64,000 nt of DNA from Cyanophora paradoxa CCMP329 (Eukaryota; Plantae; Glaucophyta). Below, piece after piece: positions 63,942-64,000 of the stretch; position 1 is the stretch's first letter; each line of letters opens with the position of its first letter. The notes under the pieces were generated by a model. The model searched no databases. It was not told where the DNA came from and was given only the letters and a program-made list of their open reading frames with translations. The translations under genes were made by a program, and so were the position numbers. The stretch covers positions 62,001 to 126,000 of the forward strand of contig QPMI01000641.1 of assembly GCA_004431415.1 (NCBI GenBank), read 5' to 3'.

Positions 63942-64000
63942 TCTGTTTAATAATGTAAATTAAAAATTTCTTTTCGTATTTTAAACATAAGACATGTCGC

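Larger units (their letters stand above)
39870..64000 (-). mobile_element. Endogenous Polinton-like virus / virophage-like element (continues past the right edge)
   Basis: Sharp shift to AT-rich, intronless, co-oriented genes encoding an rve integrase, a PolB-helicase and a penton-like protein. Confidence 0.88.

Overview
GC-rich, intron-dense eukaryotic nuclear DNA. It is probably from a glaucophyte alga such as Cyanophora; this is inferred from two 'MA..FV'-type plastid transit peptides and the intron style. 1-30.6 kb holds about 12 compact multi-exon host genes: Tas-like aldo-keto reductase, RTRAF, NDUFA12, a WW protein, an F-box protein, a glycosyltransferase-like gene, SURF2, TMEM104, a plastid-targeted acidic protein, phospholipase D and two hypothetical proteins. 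A large share of their introns use GC-AG splice sites. 30.7-39.9 kb is a lower-GC domain with two divergent, poorly recognisable genes. From ~39.9 kb to the window end lies an AT-rich endogenous Polinton-like DNA virus. It carries an rve integrase, a ~1360-aa replication polyprotein (putative terminal protein, OTU-like protease, PolB, SF1 helicase, HNH), a small basic protein, a Lys-rich gene and a penton-like minor capsid gene. The left host/virus junction is tandemly duplicated (~5.5 kb) through a complex template-switch joint. The Lys-rich viral gene is split in frame by a 10,465-bp non-autonomous foldback DNA transposon with 30-bp TIRs, a GCCATC TSD, 107-bp subterminal arrays, ~3.2-kb internal inverted arms and a central 705-bp tandem repeat.
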